From a virus (lineage: Duplodnaviria > Heunggongvirae > Uroviricota > Caudoviricetes): a stretch of 64,000 nt of DNA. The position numbers and the translations under genes were made by a program. Numbering within the stretch: the first letter of the stretch is position 1; each line of letters begins with the position of its first letter. This document shows, piece by piece, positions 38,137 to 47,931 of this stretch. The DNA lies in the IMG/VR virus record IMGVR_UViG_3300033489_000001, positions 62,023 to 126,022 of that record; one strand, written 5' to 3'. Below the pieces are notes generated by a model. The model was not told where the DNA came from. It worked only from the letters and a program-made list of their open reading frames with translations, and did not search any database.

Positions 38137-38751
38137 ATGGCCTCTACTTTTTCAAGTGACGTTCAACAAATGCTTAGGCGAGCCTCCGAAGGCCCTCCAC
38201 GAAAACGCTTTACATGTGAGATCCTAGATCCCCAAGGGAATGCCTTTGTGGAGGCTTGGGCACCGAAAATCCATGCCTTTGTGTTCAACGCTTTGGGACC
38301 TTACGGAAAAGATCCCCTGCCAAATATCCTCAAGCTCCAAGATGGCCATCACGTTGCCGGAGCTACCGCAAGCTTTGATCCTGGCACCGGACAGATTCAT
38401 CTATCCACTTCCGTAATAGGGAAACCAGGGCAAATTCTTGAGAAGCTCACTCACGAAATGACCCATGGATCTCTTGCTCTATTCCCTGAGGATGACGGGT
38501 TCTATACTGAGGGTTTTGTAGACTATTCAGTCTGGGTTATGGCACACGCTCCCCTTTGGGGAAACTATCGAGAACCTATGATTGAAGCCGCTGCCTACAA
38601 TATTCATACCCGTCGTGAACGAGCTATGCGAGGCGGATCTGACTGGGATAAAAAACGTTGGTCCGGGGGGCTCTTCGCTTCCATGGCTTATGGCTCCCAT
38701 GTGGTATCCCGTCTTAAGCAAAAGAAGTTAGAAAACGATTTTACTTGGTAA
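38137..38751 (+). CDS. HExxH zinc-metalloprotease-like protein
   Basis: LTHEMTHG, with a downstream TEG. Confidence 0.6.
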   Translation: MASTFSSDVQQMLRRASEGPPRKRFTCEILDPQGNAFVEAWAPKIHAFVFNALGPYGKDPLPNILKLQDGHHVAGATASFDPGTGQIHLSTSVIGKPGQILEKLTHEMTHGSLALFPEDDGFYTEGFVDYSVWVMAHAPLWGNYREPMIEAAAYNIHTRRERAMRGGSDWDKKRWSGGLFASMAYGSHVVSRLKQKKLENDFTW

Positions 38752-39028
38752 TTGGTGACGCTAACGGGCTTTTGCGTCCAACCAAATGGCTATTACCCGG
38801 TTCTAAGTGAACGCCATACCATTCATCCCGTTTCTTAACGGCTTTATTGTAAGCCTCTAAACACCCCAAGAGATATTCAGCTAAGATGAAATCCGAGGTG
38901 TTTGATTCATTTTCAGCACAAGCTCTATTGAGTGTTACGCTAAGCTCTTTCAAAAGGCTCAATTTAGCTGCTTTCTTAGCTGCTTTCGTTTTTACTGAAC
39001 GAACTCTTACAACTTTTGACTCTGACAT
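38741..39028 (-). CDS. Hypothetical protein
   Basis: NRACAENESNTSDFILAEYL segment; co-oriented with the next gene. Confidence 0.65.
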   Translation of the reverse strand: MSESKVVRVRSVKTKAAKKAAKLSLLKELSVTLNRACAENESNTSDFILAEYLLGCLEAYNKAVKKRDEWYGVHLEPGNSHLVGRKSPLASPITK

Positions 39029-39043
39029 ATAAATTTCCTCTCT

Positions 39044-39622
39044 CTATTTACTTAAAATACTCGAATCAACTAATTCGGCAAGGTCTAACGGTGACAAGGC
39101 ATCTTGTTTAGGCTTAGTTTGAAACACGGGTTCGCTCCCATCAGGTTTATCCGCCAAACCTGCGATGAAAGCTCGCCAGTGTCCTTTAGGAGGCTCAAAC
39201 CCCAATATTAAGGGCTCCGGTACGAAAATCCAAGCATGGACTATTGGAACCGTAATCTTCGCAAACAAATAAGCTAACTTACGTCGATCAATAAGATATC
39301 CTAGAAGTACGCCCTGGTTTTCAGGAGGAACTGTCCCCAAAGACACTAACCTTTCCGGAGCATCTCCGGCCCAAGCTTTAAGTTCCTCTAAATTGATCTC
39401 AATCGGATTTACGGCCGGTTCCGAAAACATACTTTTCAAATCGTCTAAGCTTTTACAATCTTCTCTAATAGGAGAAGCCCCCGGCATTCTAACAGCTACC
39501 ATAATACTACCATCGGTAGCCGCTGACCAGGTTGCTTTTTTAATCTTGATAGAAAAAGGTGCCGAATGCCATATGTGCGTGCCTAAGGAGAAGCGCATAA
39601 GCTGTGATAGAACGGCACTCAT
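39044..39622 (-). CDS. Hypothetical protein
   Basis: 192-aa ORF. Confidence 0.65.
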   Translation of the reverse strand: MSAVLSQLMRFSLGTHIWHSAPFSIKIKKATWSAATDGSIMVAVRMPGASPIREDCKSLDDLKSMFSEPAVNPIEINLEELKAWAGDAPERLVSLGTVPPENQGVLLGYLIDRRKLAYLFAKITVPIVHAWIFVPEPLILGFEPPKGHWRAFIAGLADKPDGSEPVFQTKPKQDALSPLDLAELVDSSILSK

Positions 39623-39623
39623 T

Positions 39624-39896
39624 ATGTGGAAGCTTTACATGATCCAAAGTGAGTCAGCAAGAAAGATCTACACCGGAATCTCAACTGACCCTTGGAAAAG
39701 ACTAAAAACACACAACGCTGGAAAAGGGGCCAAAGCTACCCGAGCAGGAAGACCTTGGAAACTGGTCTACATAGAAAAGTGTGAAACAAAAGGGGACGCT
39801 TTAAGAAAAGAGAGTGCTATCAAAAAGCTGCCCAGATCAAAAAAACTGCTTCTTATAGAAAACCATTCGTTTAATCTCTTCTATTTCATCAAGTAA
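39624..39896 (+). CDS. GIY-YIG nuclease (UPF0213/YhbQ-like)
   Basis: MWKLYMIQ...IYTGISTD...HNAGKGAKATR...RKESAIK; true start 39624, not 39393. Confidence 0.85.
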   Translation: MWKLYMIQSESARKIYTGISTDPWKRLKTHNAGKGAKATRAGRPWKLVYIEKCETKGDALRKESAIKKLPRSKKLLLIENHSFNLFYFIK

Positions 39897-40025
39897 AATC
39901 TTCACAGCAATTTTACCTAACATAAGAGGCAAAAGATCTCTTCTCTCCTGAATCTCTTGATGCCTAACTTGGTCAGACAGATCCCCTACAAAACAAAATT
40001 CGCGTAATTCTTGGATTTGACGCAT
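39837..40025 (-). CDS. Small hypothetical protein
   Basis: Starts 2 nt after the MT-A70 stop, same strand. Confidence 0.45.
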   Translation of the reverse strand: MRQIQELREFCFVGDLSDQVRHQEIQERRDLLPLMLGKIAVKILLDEIEEIKRMVFYKKQFF

Positions 40026-40026
40026 G

Positions 40027-40806
40027 TTAATCTTGAGGTAGCCCCTCCAAGATAGATCTAAGCTCTTCTTGTTCTTCTACCTCTCTCAGCTTCGCTTGAA
40101 GTTTTGGTGACCGGGCCTCAGATGAAGACATAGGTCTATCAGCTTCAAGTCCCCAAGATGTCCATCCAGAGTATCGCTTCCTAGCAAACAATTCGATCCG
40201 AGGAATGTCTCCAAAAAGTTCTTCTATGCGTTCTCTTACCTCTATTGGTTTTTCCGAATGCTCTCCCCTAGGCGCAAAGACTAGTTGGCTTTGCCCCTCA
40301 TTAAAGATAGGCAAAGTACGTCCTTCAGCCTTAGTAGATCCGATGAGAACCAATTCAGTTGTAGGTTTCACAAAGCTTGGCCGCACCCCTTGACCCTCAA
40401 TAACATGGCCATCTTTTGCTGTTTTAATCCAGATATAACCTATGCCCCGATAGAAAAAATCCCATTCCCTAATAAGGTCAACGGCTTGATCAAGTTTAGA
40501 ACTTGTGGCCCACATAAATAGAACGCCCGGATCATCAATAAGTTGTCTGACGGGCAAAACTGCTAACTCCTCATAAGACATCTCGTTATAGTGTTTACCC
40601 GCCGCTTGATCTTTGTCTGGGTCCCCCGTGTACATCCACGGAGGGTCTAAATAAGCTAATTTGAATTGTCCAGCTAACTCCAAAAGATCCTTCATGTTTA
40701 ATTGAACGCCGCCTTCTTTAACTTTTTGTTCTGTTCTTGTTTTAGGGCCTTGCCCTAACGAAGAAAAAAGATTTGCCAATTGCTTTAACACAATAATTTC
40801 CTTCAC
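40027..40806 (-). CDS. MT-A70-family adenine methyltransferase
   Basis: YLDPPW, LFMWAT, EHSEKP, IELFAR. Confidence 0.9.
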   Translation of the reverse strand: MKEIIVLKQLANLFSSLGQGPKTRTEQKVKEGGVQLNMKDLLELAGQFKLAYLDPPWMYTGDPDKDQAAGKHYNEMSYEELAVLPVRQLIDDPGVLFMWATSSKLDQAVDLIREWDFFYRGIGYIWIKTAKDGHVIEGQGVRPSFVKPTTELVLIGSTKAEGRTLPIFNEGQSQLVFAPRGEHSEKPIEVRERIEELFGDIPRIELFARKRYSGWTSWGLEADRPMSSSEARSPKLQAKLREVEEQEELRSILEGLPQD

Positions 40807-42422
40807 TCATCCTCAGGCAAGTCGAGCATCAAATTAAAAGACTCTTGTTGAGCTTCCTTTTCCAACTTGACTTCCAACTCTGTTTTCAATGCAGCAATCC
40901 GTTTGGTTGCCACTTCATGAAACTCAGGATCTCTCTCGATACCGATGTACTGACAACCTGAGGATAAAGCTGCCACACAAGTCGTACCTGTACCCGCATA
41001 CGGATCTAAAACCGTGGCACCTTTGGGGCATACCAACTTGACTACCCACTCCATCAATTTTAATGGTTTCATTGAAGGGTGTGGGTTTGACCCTTCTAGA
41101 ATTGGACTAAAGTATTTCTCGAATCCCTCAGGGATTTCAGTACTTGCAAGTGTCACCTCTGGACTTGAAGTATAATTTTCAGGCCATTCTTCAAATATGT
41201 GCTCTCTTTCCGCATCGGACAAATCCTCACGAAGAGCCATGAGAGGGTACTCTGGTTTAACTTTAGTAAACCAACCACCGCGCTCCTTACGGCTCACCTT
41301 ACCTGTATAGAAGAAAGGCGCATCGGGTTGAATTTGACCAAAGAAACGGGAAGCGCCACCCACATCGCCGTAAGTACTCTTTTCTCGTTCCCGCCCTTCA
41401 TAAGATCCATAACAACCGGCCTCTTTCCCACTATCTTTGTGCCAAGGTTCAAATTTACCACTCTTAAGCTTCCCACTTTGCTCATCTAACAACTTGACCG
41501 GGCAACCATCCTCACACTTATAAACTGGGATCTCTTCCTTGCCCTCTTTATCCCCGGTTGGCGTAGACGTATAGGCGTGCCCGGCCCCATCCCCAAAAGG
41601 CTTCATGCCATCCTCAAAGCGATTGATAACCGGAGCTGAGACTTTCTTAAATCCTACAATTTTACAACCGGGAGAATGAATTAAAACAATGTTTGCAGGC
41701 CACCGTCCTTTAGGCATAGAACGGTCTACATCTGTGATCTTATTATTATGTGCATTCCATCCAGAACCTTGCCCTAATGCAGTTGCACCAGAGCTTGAAC
41801 CACCACTACTCGGACCACTAGAAATTCTAACAGCATCAATGTTCATCCCGCCCATACCTGTCTTGAGAACTTGAGCCGCTACCGTCTTCTCCTCAATAGG
41901 CTTCCTGAAAACTAATATAGGCTCGAACGAAGGCTTAAGCGAGGTACCATACCCAGACCACTTTGCAGCTACATCAGGAGCTACTCCAGCCTTAAGCATG
42001 GCTTTCTCTATTGATAACGACTTTGGAAATCCTTGAGATTGAATCCAAGCGAGCGTGGTTGATCCAAAAAAACTTGCGACCGTATCCCGGTTCTCAAACC
42101 CCGCCGCCCTGATCCCTATAGAGATTAAATCAAAAGTGCGTGTCGAGCCAAAACTTAAAAGATGCCCGCCCGGCTTCAAAACTCGGAAACATTCCTTCCA
42201 AACAGCAACCGGGGGAATAGACCAATTTTGTCCCATAAAGTCGCCCTTCGTATCAAGGGTTGCCCCCTCTAAGTAAGCTATAATCTCTTCCCCAGTTGGC
42301 TCCCTTGTCCCTAGACCATATGGTGGATCAGTTATAACACAACTGATTGAAGCATCAGGTAAGTTCTTAAGAAGTTTCAAACAGTCGCCCAGAAGGATTT
42401 GGTTTAAAGGCAGTGCAAGCAT
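40803..42422 (-). CDS. N6-adenine/N4-cytosine DNA methyltransferase (beta class) with a long insertion
   Basis: ITDPPY, HPSMKPLKLM, VLDPYAGTGTT, GIERD. Confidence 0.9.
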   Translation of the reverse strand: MLALPLNQILLGDCLKLLKNLPDASISCVITDPPYGLGTREPTGEEIIAYLEGATLDTKGDFMGQNWSIPPVAVWKECFRVLKPGGHLLSFGSTRTFDLISIGIRAAGFENRDTVASFFGSTTLAWIQSQGFPKSLSIEKAMLKAGVAPDVAAKWSGYGTSLKPSFEPILVFRKPIEEKTVAAQVLKTGMGGMNIDAVRISSGPSSGGSSSGATALGQGSGWNAHNNKITDVDRSMPKGRWPANIVLIHSPGCKIVGFKKVSAPVINRFEDGMKPFGDGAGHAYTSTPTGDKEGKEEIPVYKCEDGCPVKLLDEQSGKLKSGKFEPWHKDSGKEAGCYGSYEGREREKSTYGDVGGASRFFGQIQPDAPFFYTGKVSRKERGGWFTKVKPEYPLMALREDLSDAEREHIFEEWPENYTSSPEVTLASTEIPEGFEKYFSPILEGSNPHPSMKPLKLMEWVVKLVCPKGATVLDPYAGTGTTCVAALSSGCQYIGIERDPEFHEVATKRIAALKTELEVKLEKEAQQESFNLMLDLPEDE

Positions 42423-42452
42423 AGGCGTAAGCCTAGATACACCGCTTCCCCT

Positions 42453-43307
42453 CTATAATGAAGGCCGGAATTCCCGACGAGGATCCTTCATTGCATCCTT
42501 CAAGACTTTAAAAATCCTATCCTTATAATCCATTTCCCACGTTGCTTGGGTCAAAGGTCTTCCTAATCGATTATAAGGATGTGTTAATAAAGACGGAACC
42601 CCATGTTTTTCATCACCTAAAATTTCCCGATCCGTGTAGCCATCAACTAATGATAACTTTATATACAAAGCGCCATCAGGATGGATTGCATTTAACTTAC
42701 TAGTTACTCTAGGTAGTATCCGCTTGAGTTCCTTTTCCATAGAGGCTTCATCTACAGAAACAGGGATGTCACGATACTTTTTTCTACCCCCGTCATCCTC
42801 TCCCTCTTGATAGACATCACTCACTTCTTTTCCTTCACCTCTAAGCCAACTCCGAAGAGCGTTGGAAGCGTCATGGTGTAAAGCGGTTAACACGTAATTC
42901 TCTGCGTCACGTAAAGATGCCCCCGGACGTATATGATCGGAACCAGAAACTAAGAAGCCCACCAAAAAGTTACTCATTACGTCTTCGGCCACCTCTGGAT
43001 TGTGCAACCGGCCCATGAGATTTGCATAAGCTTTTTTGCCAAATGCTCTGCCATAATCATGAGGAAGACGATTGGCCACGGGTTTACGAGAAATGTCAAA
43101 TTCAGATGCCGAACGGCCGTTGATGTCCGGCATTCCTTCAACCCCGTGTGTCAAGAACTCCGCATAAACGGCCTTACCGAAAGCTTCCGTGGTAGAAACC
43201 GCGAGACGGGAAAAAAAATCCGCCATACGTAAGCTAAAAGGCAAAGATGCCCAAATTTTTCTACGGAGAGCTACCGAAGCTTCAATTAAATGTGCAGTGC
43301 GATCCAT
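42453..43307 (-). CDS. Divergent sigma70/ECF-like protein
   Basis: Region-2-like AEDVMSNF...YVLTAL..DASNALR; region-4-like LSLVDGYTDREI. Confidence 0.5.
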   Translation of the reverse strand: MDRTAHLIEASVALRRKIWASLPFSLRMADFFSRLAVSTTEAFGKAVYAEFLTHGVEGMPDINGRSASEFDISRKPVANRLPHDYGRAFGKKAYANLMGRLHNPEVAEDVMSNFLVGFLVSGSDHIRPGASLRDAENYVLTALHHDASNALRSWLRGEGKEVSDVYQEGEDDGGRKKYRDIPVSVDEASMEKELKRILPRVTSKLNAIHPDGALYIKLSLVDGYTDREILGDEKHGVPSLLTHPYNRLGRPLTQATWEMDYKDRIFKVLKDAMKDPRREFRPSL

Positions 43308-43345
43308 TACCAGAGAGTACTGACAAAAGGAATTTTACCTTATGG

Positions 43346-44362
43346 TTACCTAAGTTCATTTACTCTTGGCCGCACCATTTCAAAAATTGACTTGCAAATC
43401 TTAGGCGGTAAATCGGAATTTCGTAACGCTCGCATAAGTGACGTACCATCCCCTAAGGAGGTGAATATTTCTAGTTCATATTCTTCAACCCCTTTATCAG
43501 ATTGAATACTTTCTAAATATTCACGTAAGGTTTCTGATAATAACTTCTGTGCTTCTTTTAACGCAACCTGGTTGTCCGTACCCACCGCTTTTGAATCAGG
43601 AAGGGTAGTTTCCCAAGCCATTGCTTCCTCTCCTATAGATACCTGCGGACGTTCCTTATGCCTTCGATCTTGCGTTCGGCAAAAATTAGCATAATGGTTC
43701 ATAATCGCTCTAAGCAAGTAATTCTTGAATTGTGTTCGCGTCGTCTTAACCTCAGGAAACTTTAAATACCCCTCAGGACGTTTCCCTCCTACAACAACAC
43801 CGTCTTTTACTTCCCGCCCCATAATCAAAAATGCTCCACGAATACTGCCATTCTTTAATCGTTTTTCATCCAGGGATAATTTTACGATGTCTTCCAAATC
43901 AAAAAGAGCGTCCTTTGAAGCATAACCAGCAAGACCCTGGGCTTTAAACTCTGCCAGGTTGATTGGGGTTGGCATCCAACGCCCTTTTTTGCGAGTTATA
44001 ATTTTCCCATCCCACCTGTATTTGCTCGGGATGCCTTTATGATAGGCCCCCATCGCAACAATCCATTGAGCCCAAGAAATTCCAAAAAAGTCACACACCT
44101 GTAAGGCTGTAAGTACCTTTGGGATTTGACGTTGAATGTGCTCATTAAAACGATCCAAAAGCTTTGCTTCAATGATTTTTAACCACACATGACCAAGAAG
44201 ATCCTCAAAATTTCTGTCTACTTTATTGGCTTTAAACAGAGTTTTGTAAATGAGTGTTCCATACTGTCTTCGCAAGTCTTCATAATCTTTAGGGATTACT
44301 TCATCCACTGCTGATGATTTAATAAACACCATGCAAAATCCCCGAATATATGTATCTGACAA
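43346..44362 (-). CDS. Divergent sigma70/ECF-like protein with an insertion in region 2
   Basis: RQYGTLIY...FEDLLGHVWLKI and FKNYLLRAIMNHYANFCR, about 170 aa apart. Confidence 0.55.
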   Translation of the reverse strand: MSDTYIRGFCMVFIKSSAVDEVIPKDYEDLRRQYGTLIYKTLFKANKVDRNFEDLLGHVWLKIIEAKLLDRFNEHIQRQIPKVLTALQVCDFFGISWAQWIVAMGAYHKGIPSKYRWDGKIITRKKGRWMPTPINLAEFKAQGLAGYASKDALFDLEDIVKLSLDEKRLKNGSIRGAFLIMGREVKDGVVVGGKRPEGYLKFPEVKTTRTQFKNYLLRAIMNHYANFCRTQDRRHKERPQVSIGEEAMAWETTLPDSKAVGTDNQVALKEAQKLLSETLREYLESIQSDKGVEEYELEIFTSLGDGTSLMRALRNSDLPPKICKSIFEMVRPRVNELR

Positions 44363-44989
44363 GAGCTAAGTTTTAAATCAAGGATCGTTCAGAACAACAA
44401 GTAGACTAGATGTAATAACTAAATGTCAAAAAAGATGCAAACAATTTTTACGTAGTTTTTCATTTACTAGAGGATAAACAAGAGAAAATAAACGGTTAGC
44501 ATAAAAAACTAGAATCTAAACTACATTTTCTATACTGGTATGTAGATGTAGTACTTTAGGTTGCGCATCTGCTGTATTGGTTACTTTTATCACTTTACTT
44601 TAAATAATTCTCGCTTTTGGTTTACTTACTTAAGGTTAAATTGTTGTTTTCTTTACGGTTAATTTAATGGTTTTGTTAATGGGGTCTCTAGTTTCAGTCA
44701 CTCTTGGAAAAAACATCTTTTCAAGGGGAGATCTTGATCCTCTTGTTAAGAGAATCTCGGTTCCGATCTGCCGCGTACTTACTTTGCTAAAACACTCTTT
44801 TTCCGAAGGAATCGATCCTCTGAGTGCCTTTCCACCGACCACCTCGCCAGTAGCTTTCTGGTTTAAACGATGATCGAAGCTTCTAGTCCTTCGACTAGCT
44901 AGAGCAGTTGGTCTTTCCCTGGGGTCCGGGTAGCTTGCCCGGTCCAGATGTCCTACCTTTCCTACACAGAAAGTTAGGCAAGGGACCTG

Positions 44990-45340
44990 ATGACCTCTTA
45001 TCCCTTTTGGTGTAGAACAAAAAACATGTCAATCATTTTTTTTGAGTTATCCGATTTAGTTGATTCCCCCCGAGTTAAAGCGGATCTCCCTTTTTTCAGA
45101 ACAGGGGATAAGGTAAATTTAAAATTACACTTGGAAAGACAACATCTTGGCAGACGAGAGATACTTGATGTATCCGGTGAGCACTTAATCACGTCTTCCA
45201 TGATTGACCTCAGCCACGGTAAACCACGCCAGATCGTCAGAGTCGCTTCTACCGGAAAAGCACCCGCATGGAAAGCCATCAAGCATCTTCCCCGTCGTCA
45301 ATTACCCCCGGCTAAATCCCCGCCCACCATCATCGAATAA
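44990..45340 (+). CDS. Hypothetical protein
   Basis: 116-aa ORF, possibly starting MSIIFF at 45026. Confidence 0.4.
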   Translation: MTSYPFWCRTKNMSIIFFELSDLVDSPRVKADLPFFRTGDKVNLKLHLERQHLGRREILDVSGEHLITSSMIDLSHGKPRQIVRVASTGKAPAWKAIKHLPRRQLPPAKSPPTIIE

Positions 45341-45349
45341 ATAATCCCG

Positions 45350-45461
45350 ATCTTTATTTATCAAGATTATAATGCTTATTTATTTTCTTCTATCTTTATA
45401 AATAAAGATCAGGGTATTTATTTGTTCGTTTTAATTACAATTGATCTTGATAAATAAAGAT
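45350..45461. repeat. Three 18-bp imperfect palindromes in AT-rich DNA
   Basis: 45350-45367 and 45444-45461 are a perfect inverted pair; 45392-45409 differs from the latter by one base. Confidence 0.85.
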
Positions 45462-45482
45462 GCGCATATTTTTCCGCTTGCT

Positions 45483-45863
45483 TTATTTGTAATAAGGGTT
45501 GTCGATCTTCCACTTTCTATGGGGGCTAGGCTTCGGCACTTTTGGTAGCTTCAGCATGGGCACGGGCTTTACCGGCTCCGGGAGCCGGGGCAGCTTAGGC
45601 AAGGCAGGAGGCTTTATTGGGGCCGGTGGTGGATCTCTTGGGATCTCCGGTCTGTAGGGCTTTCTGGGGCGTCTAGGAGGCTTTGCCTTCCCACGCCAAC
45701 GGTAATCGCCCATCTCATTCGGCGGAATTTTTTCAAAGCGGTTCGGCTCCTCCTTCAAAGTTTCCGGGAGGACATAAACGGTTCGCCCCGTCTCTTTATT
45801 TTTAACGGGAACTTCCTTGCTTTTAGCCCACCTTGCCAGAACTCTTTCGCGGAGATCGCTCAC
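45483..45863 (-). CDS. Pro/Lys-rich hypothetical protein
   Basis: N-terminal ERVLARW motif; proline-rich C-terminal half. Confidence 0.65.
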   Translation of the reverse strand: MSDLRERVLARWAKSKEVPVKNKETGRTVYVLPETLKEEPNRFEKIPPNEMGDYRWRGKAKPPRRPRKPYRPEIPRDPPPAPIKPPALPKLPRLPEPVKPVPMLKLPKVPKPSPHRKWKIDNPYYK

Positions 45864-45953
45864 GCTTAGGTATTTTTATAAAGAGGAACGAGAATACCGC
45901 CAGCCTTTTCAGGGGTATGAGAGGAACAAAGAAAAACCATGTGAGAGATTGAT

Positions 45954-47143
45954 GTTTTGTTTGTATCAGCTTAACATATAAAGAAACATGATCCGCACGG
46001 TATCAATCCCTGTCAGTTTGAAGCCAGAGGTTTTTCTCCCTCTAATGGCTGAATGTGCGGACATCTTTAATCAACATGTCGCTTGGTCATTGAAGAACAG
46101 AACTTATAACAAAAACAAAGCCCATAAGGCTCTGTATCGCTCCATTAGAATTCAACACTCAAATGTCCCTTCAGCTTTGATCCAAACGGTGCGCGATACC
46201 GCTTTGGAATCCATTAAGGCTACTAAATTTGAGAGATCCCCGAAGAAGAAACCGACTTCAAGCCTTCGCTATGACAAGAGAACCTTCACGCTCCGAGGCT
46301 CTCAACTTACCCTCTCATGCCTTGGGCCTAGAACCAAAGTGATTCTTCCAGAGATCCCAAAATATTTCAAAGACAAATCTGAAAAATGGGATCTCTCTTC
46401 TTTGACTCTTAGTTATTGTTGTACACAAAAGAGATTCTTTGTCAACTTAGCTTACGAACATCCAGACCCGGAACCACTTAAAGAAGAAGCTGTTCAAGGT
46501 TTGGATAGAGGTTTACATCACTTAGTCGTAACCTCTGATGGAGACTTTTTCTCAAATCAAGCAATCAGAGCTTCACAGAGAAAAAGGCTTTTTCAGAGAC
46601 AGCAACTCCAGGCAAAAGGCACTCATTCTTCTAAGAAGCGATTAAAGTTTCTTAGTGGAAAAGAGAAGCGGTTCAGCCGGGATGTTAATCATCGAGTAAC
46701 GAAATCTTTGATTTCGCAGCGAAATGTTACTACGTTTGTACTTGAAGACTTGTCAGGAATCAGAAATCAGTACCGAGGCAGGAAGTTCAACAAGAGGATT
46801 GGTGGTTGGCCCTTCTATCAATTTGAGCAGTTTCTTAGTTATAAGGCGATAACTGCTGGGAAGAGAATAACTTTTGTTGATGCTAGGTATACTTCACAGA
46901 GGTGTAATTGTTGTGGGTATATTGAGAGAAGGAATCGAAAGGGTGCTATTTTTGTATGCGTTAGATGCGGTCACAGAGATCATGCTGACAAGAATGCTGC
47001 AAAGAATATTAGGGATCGTTATATACTCTCTATTACGGGAGATCCGTCTATAGAGCAGGGTGCAGTCAATCACCCGAATGTTGCTGGGTATCAGTTAGCT
47101 GAATCAGTGACGAACCTCAGGCCTTGTGCCTGCGGTAGTTGAC
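45954..47143 (+). mobile_element. Non-autonomous IS200/IS605-like tnpB element (ends inferred)
   Basis: TTGAT at 45949-45953 on the left; GGTAGTTGAC right-end-like sequence ending 47143; no tnpA. Confidence 0.5.
45988..47142 (+). CDS. tnpB: TnpB RNA-guided endonuclease
   Basis: GLDRG, LEDL and ADKNAAKNI RuvC motifs; CNCC...CVRC Zn finger. Confidence 0.92.
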   Translation: MIRTVSIPVSLKPEVFLPLMAECADIFNQHVAWSLKNRTYNKNKAHKALYRSIRIQHSNVPSALIQTVRDTALESIKATKFERSPKKKPTSSLRYDKRTFTLRGSQLTLSCLGPRTKVILPEIPKYFKDKSEKWDLSSLTLSYCCTQKRFFVNLAYEHPDPEPLKEEAVQGLDRGLHHLVVTSDGDFFSNQAIRASQRKRLFQRQQLQAKGTHSSKKRLKFLSGKEKRFSRDVNHRVTKSLISQRNVTTFVLEDLSGIRNQYRGRKFNKRIGGWPFYQFEQFLSYKAITAGKRITFVDARYTSQRCNCCGYIERRNRKGAIFVCVRCGHRDHADKNAAKNIRDRYILSITGDPSIEQGAVNHPNVAGYQLAESVTNLRPCACGS

Positions 47144-47152
47144 AAAGGGTCT

Positions 47153-47626
47153 CTAAAAAAGCAATGTTTTTCGGCCAAGCTGAACCACGATCTGTTCCTC
47201 AATTTTCCCCGGAACATTCCATAAACTGAGCTTGCCCTTACAAGGAATCGGCGTGGTGAGCCGAACCGGGTTTTCCAACACCCAACACCAAGGCCCAAAA
47301 GCCCACCTGCTCTTGCCTTGGAGAGTTTCCATGTCATGCACGGGAAAACAACCTACAACCGAGACCACTCCTACGATCGTTCCGGGCGCGTAGGGCTCGT
47401 GCTCTATATCCTCTTTTAAGGCATACATGGCCGAAGCCGTAAAACCATTGCTAAAAAAAATCTTGGGTATTCTTTCAGCATCACCCTTTTCAAAGCGTTT
47501 TCCGGCGTGGATGGCGATCTTTTTACCAAGAATCTGCTCCGGGGTCGGCCACGTCCTATTCTCAATATCCTTGCCAAGCCAGAATATAGCATAAGGCCAT
47601 GGCCGGACTAAGGTCAGAGCTTTCAT
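47153..47626 (-). CDS. ASCH domain protein
   Basis: MKALTLVRPW, GKDIENR.W, IAIHAGK. Confidence 0.88.
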   Translation of the reverse strand: MKALTLVRPWPYAIFWLGKDIENRTWPTPEQILGKKIAIHAGKRFEKGDAERIPKIFFSNGFTASAMYALKEDIEHEPYAPGTIVGVVSVVGCFPVHDMETLQGKSRWAFGPWCWVLENPVRLTTPIPCKGKLSLWNVPGKIEEQIVVQLGRKTLLF

Positions 47627-47931
47627 GATTTACCCACCAATTCCCTGTACTTTGGTAAACATTTGGGACATGCATTTTCATTTAAGTGGTGCTCGGTCAT
47701 CCGTACAGCCAAATCCCAACCTCTCCCGGCCTCTACACGGCCACACAAGGAGGGCGTATCAACGCCGCCACCGAGTTTTAACCCAACCTCAGTGGTCTTA
47801 CGAATACACCAGTGGCCGGAGCCACTAACCCACACAGGCTCACAGAAAGTAAAAGGTGGCCTATCCTCCGGCCCCAACCCTAGAGATGGCCTCTTCTTTC
47901 CCTGAGTCAAAATCTTAAGCCATTTTTTCAT
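47623..47931 (-). CDS. Hypothetical protein
   Basis: Overlapping stop/start with both neighbours; Cys cluster. Confidence 0.6.
   Translation of the reverse strand: MKKWLKILTQGKKRPSLGLGPEDRPPFTFCEPVWVSGSGHWCIRKTTEVGLKLGGGVDTPSLCGRVEAGRGWDLAVRMTEHHLNENACPKCLPKYRELVGKS

Noticed and set aside
39393-39623. Long N-terminal extension of the GIY-YIG ORF
   Set aside because: Antisense to gene 39044-39622; the nuclease motif starts at Met 39624.
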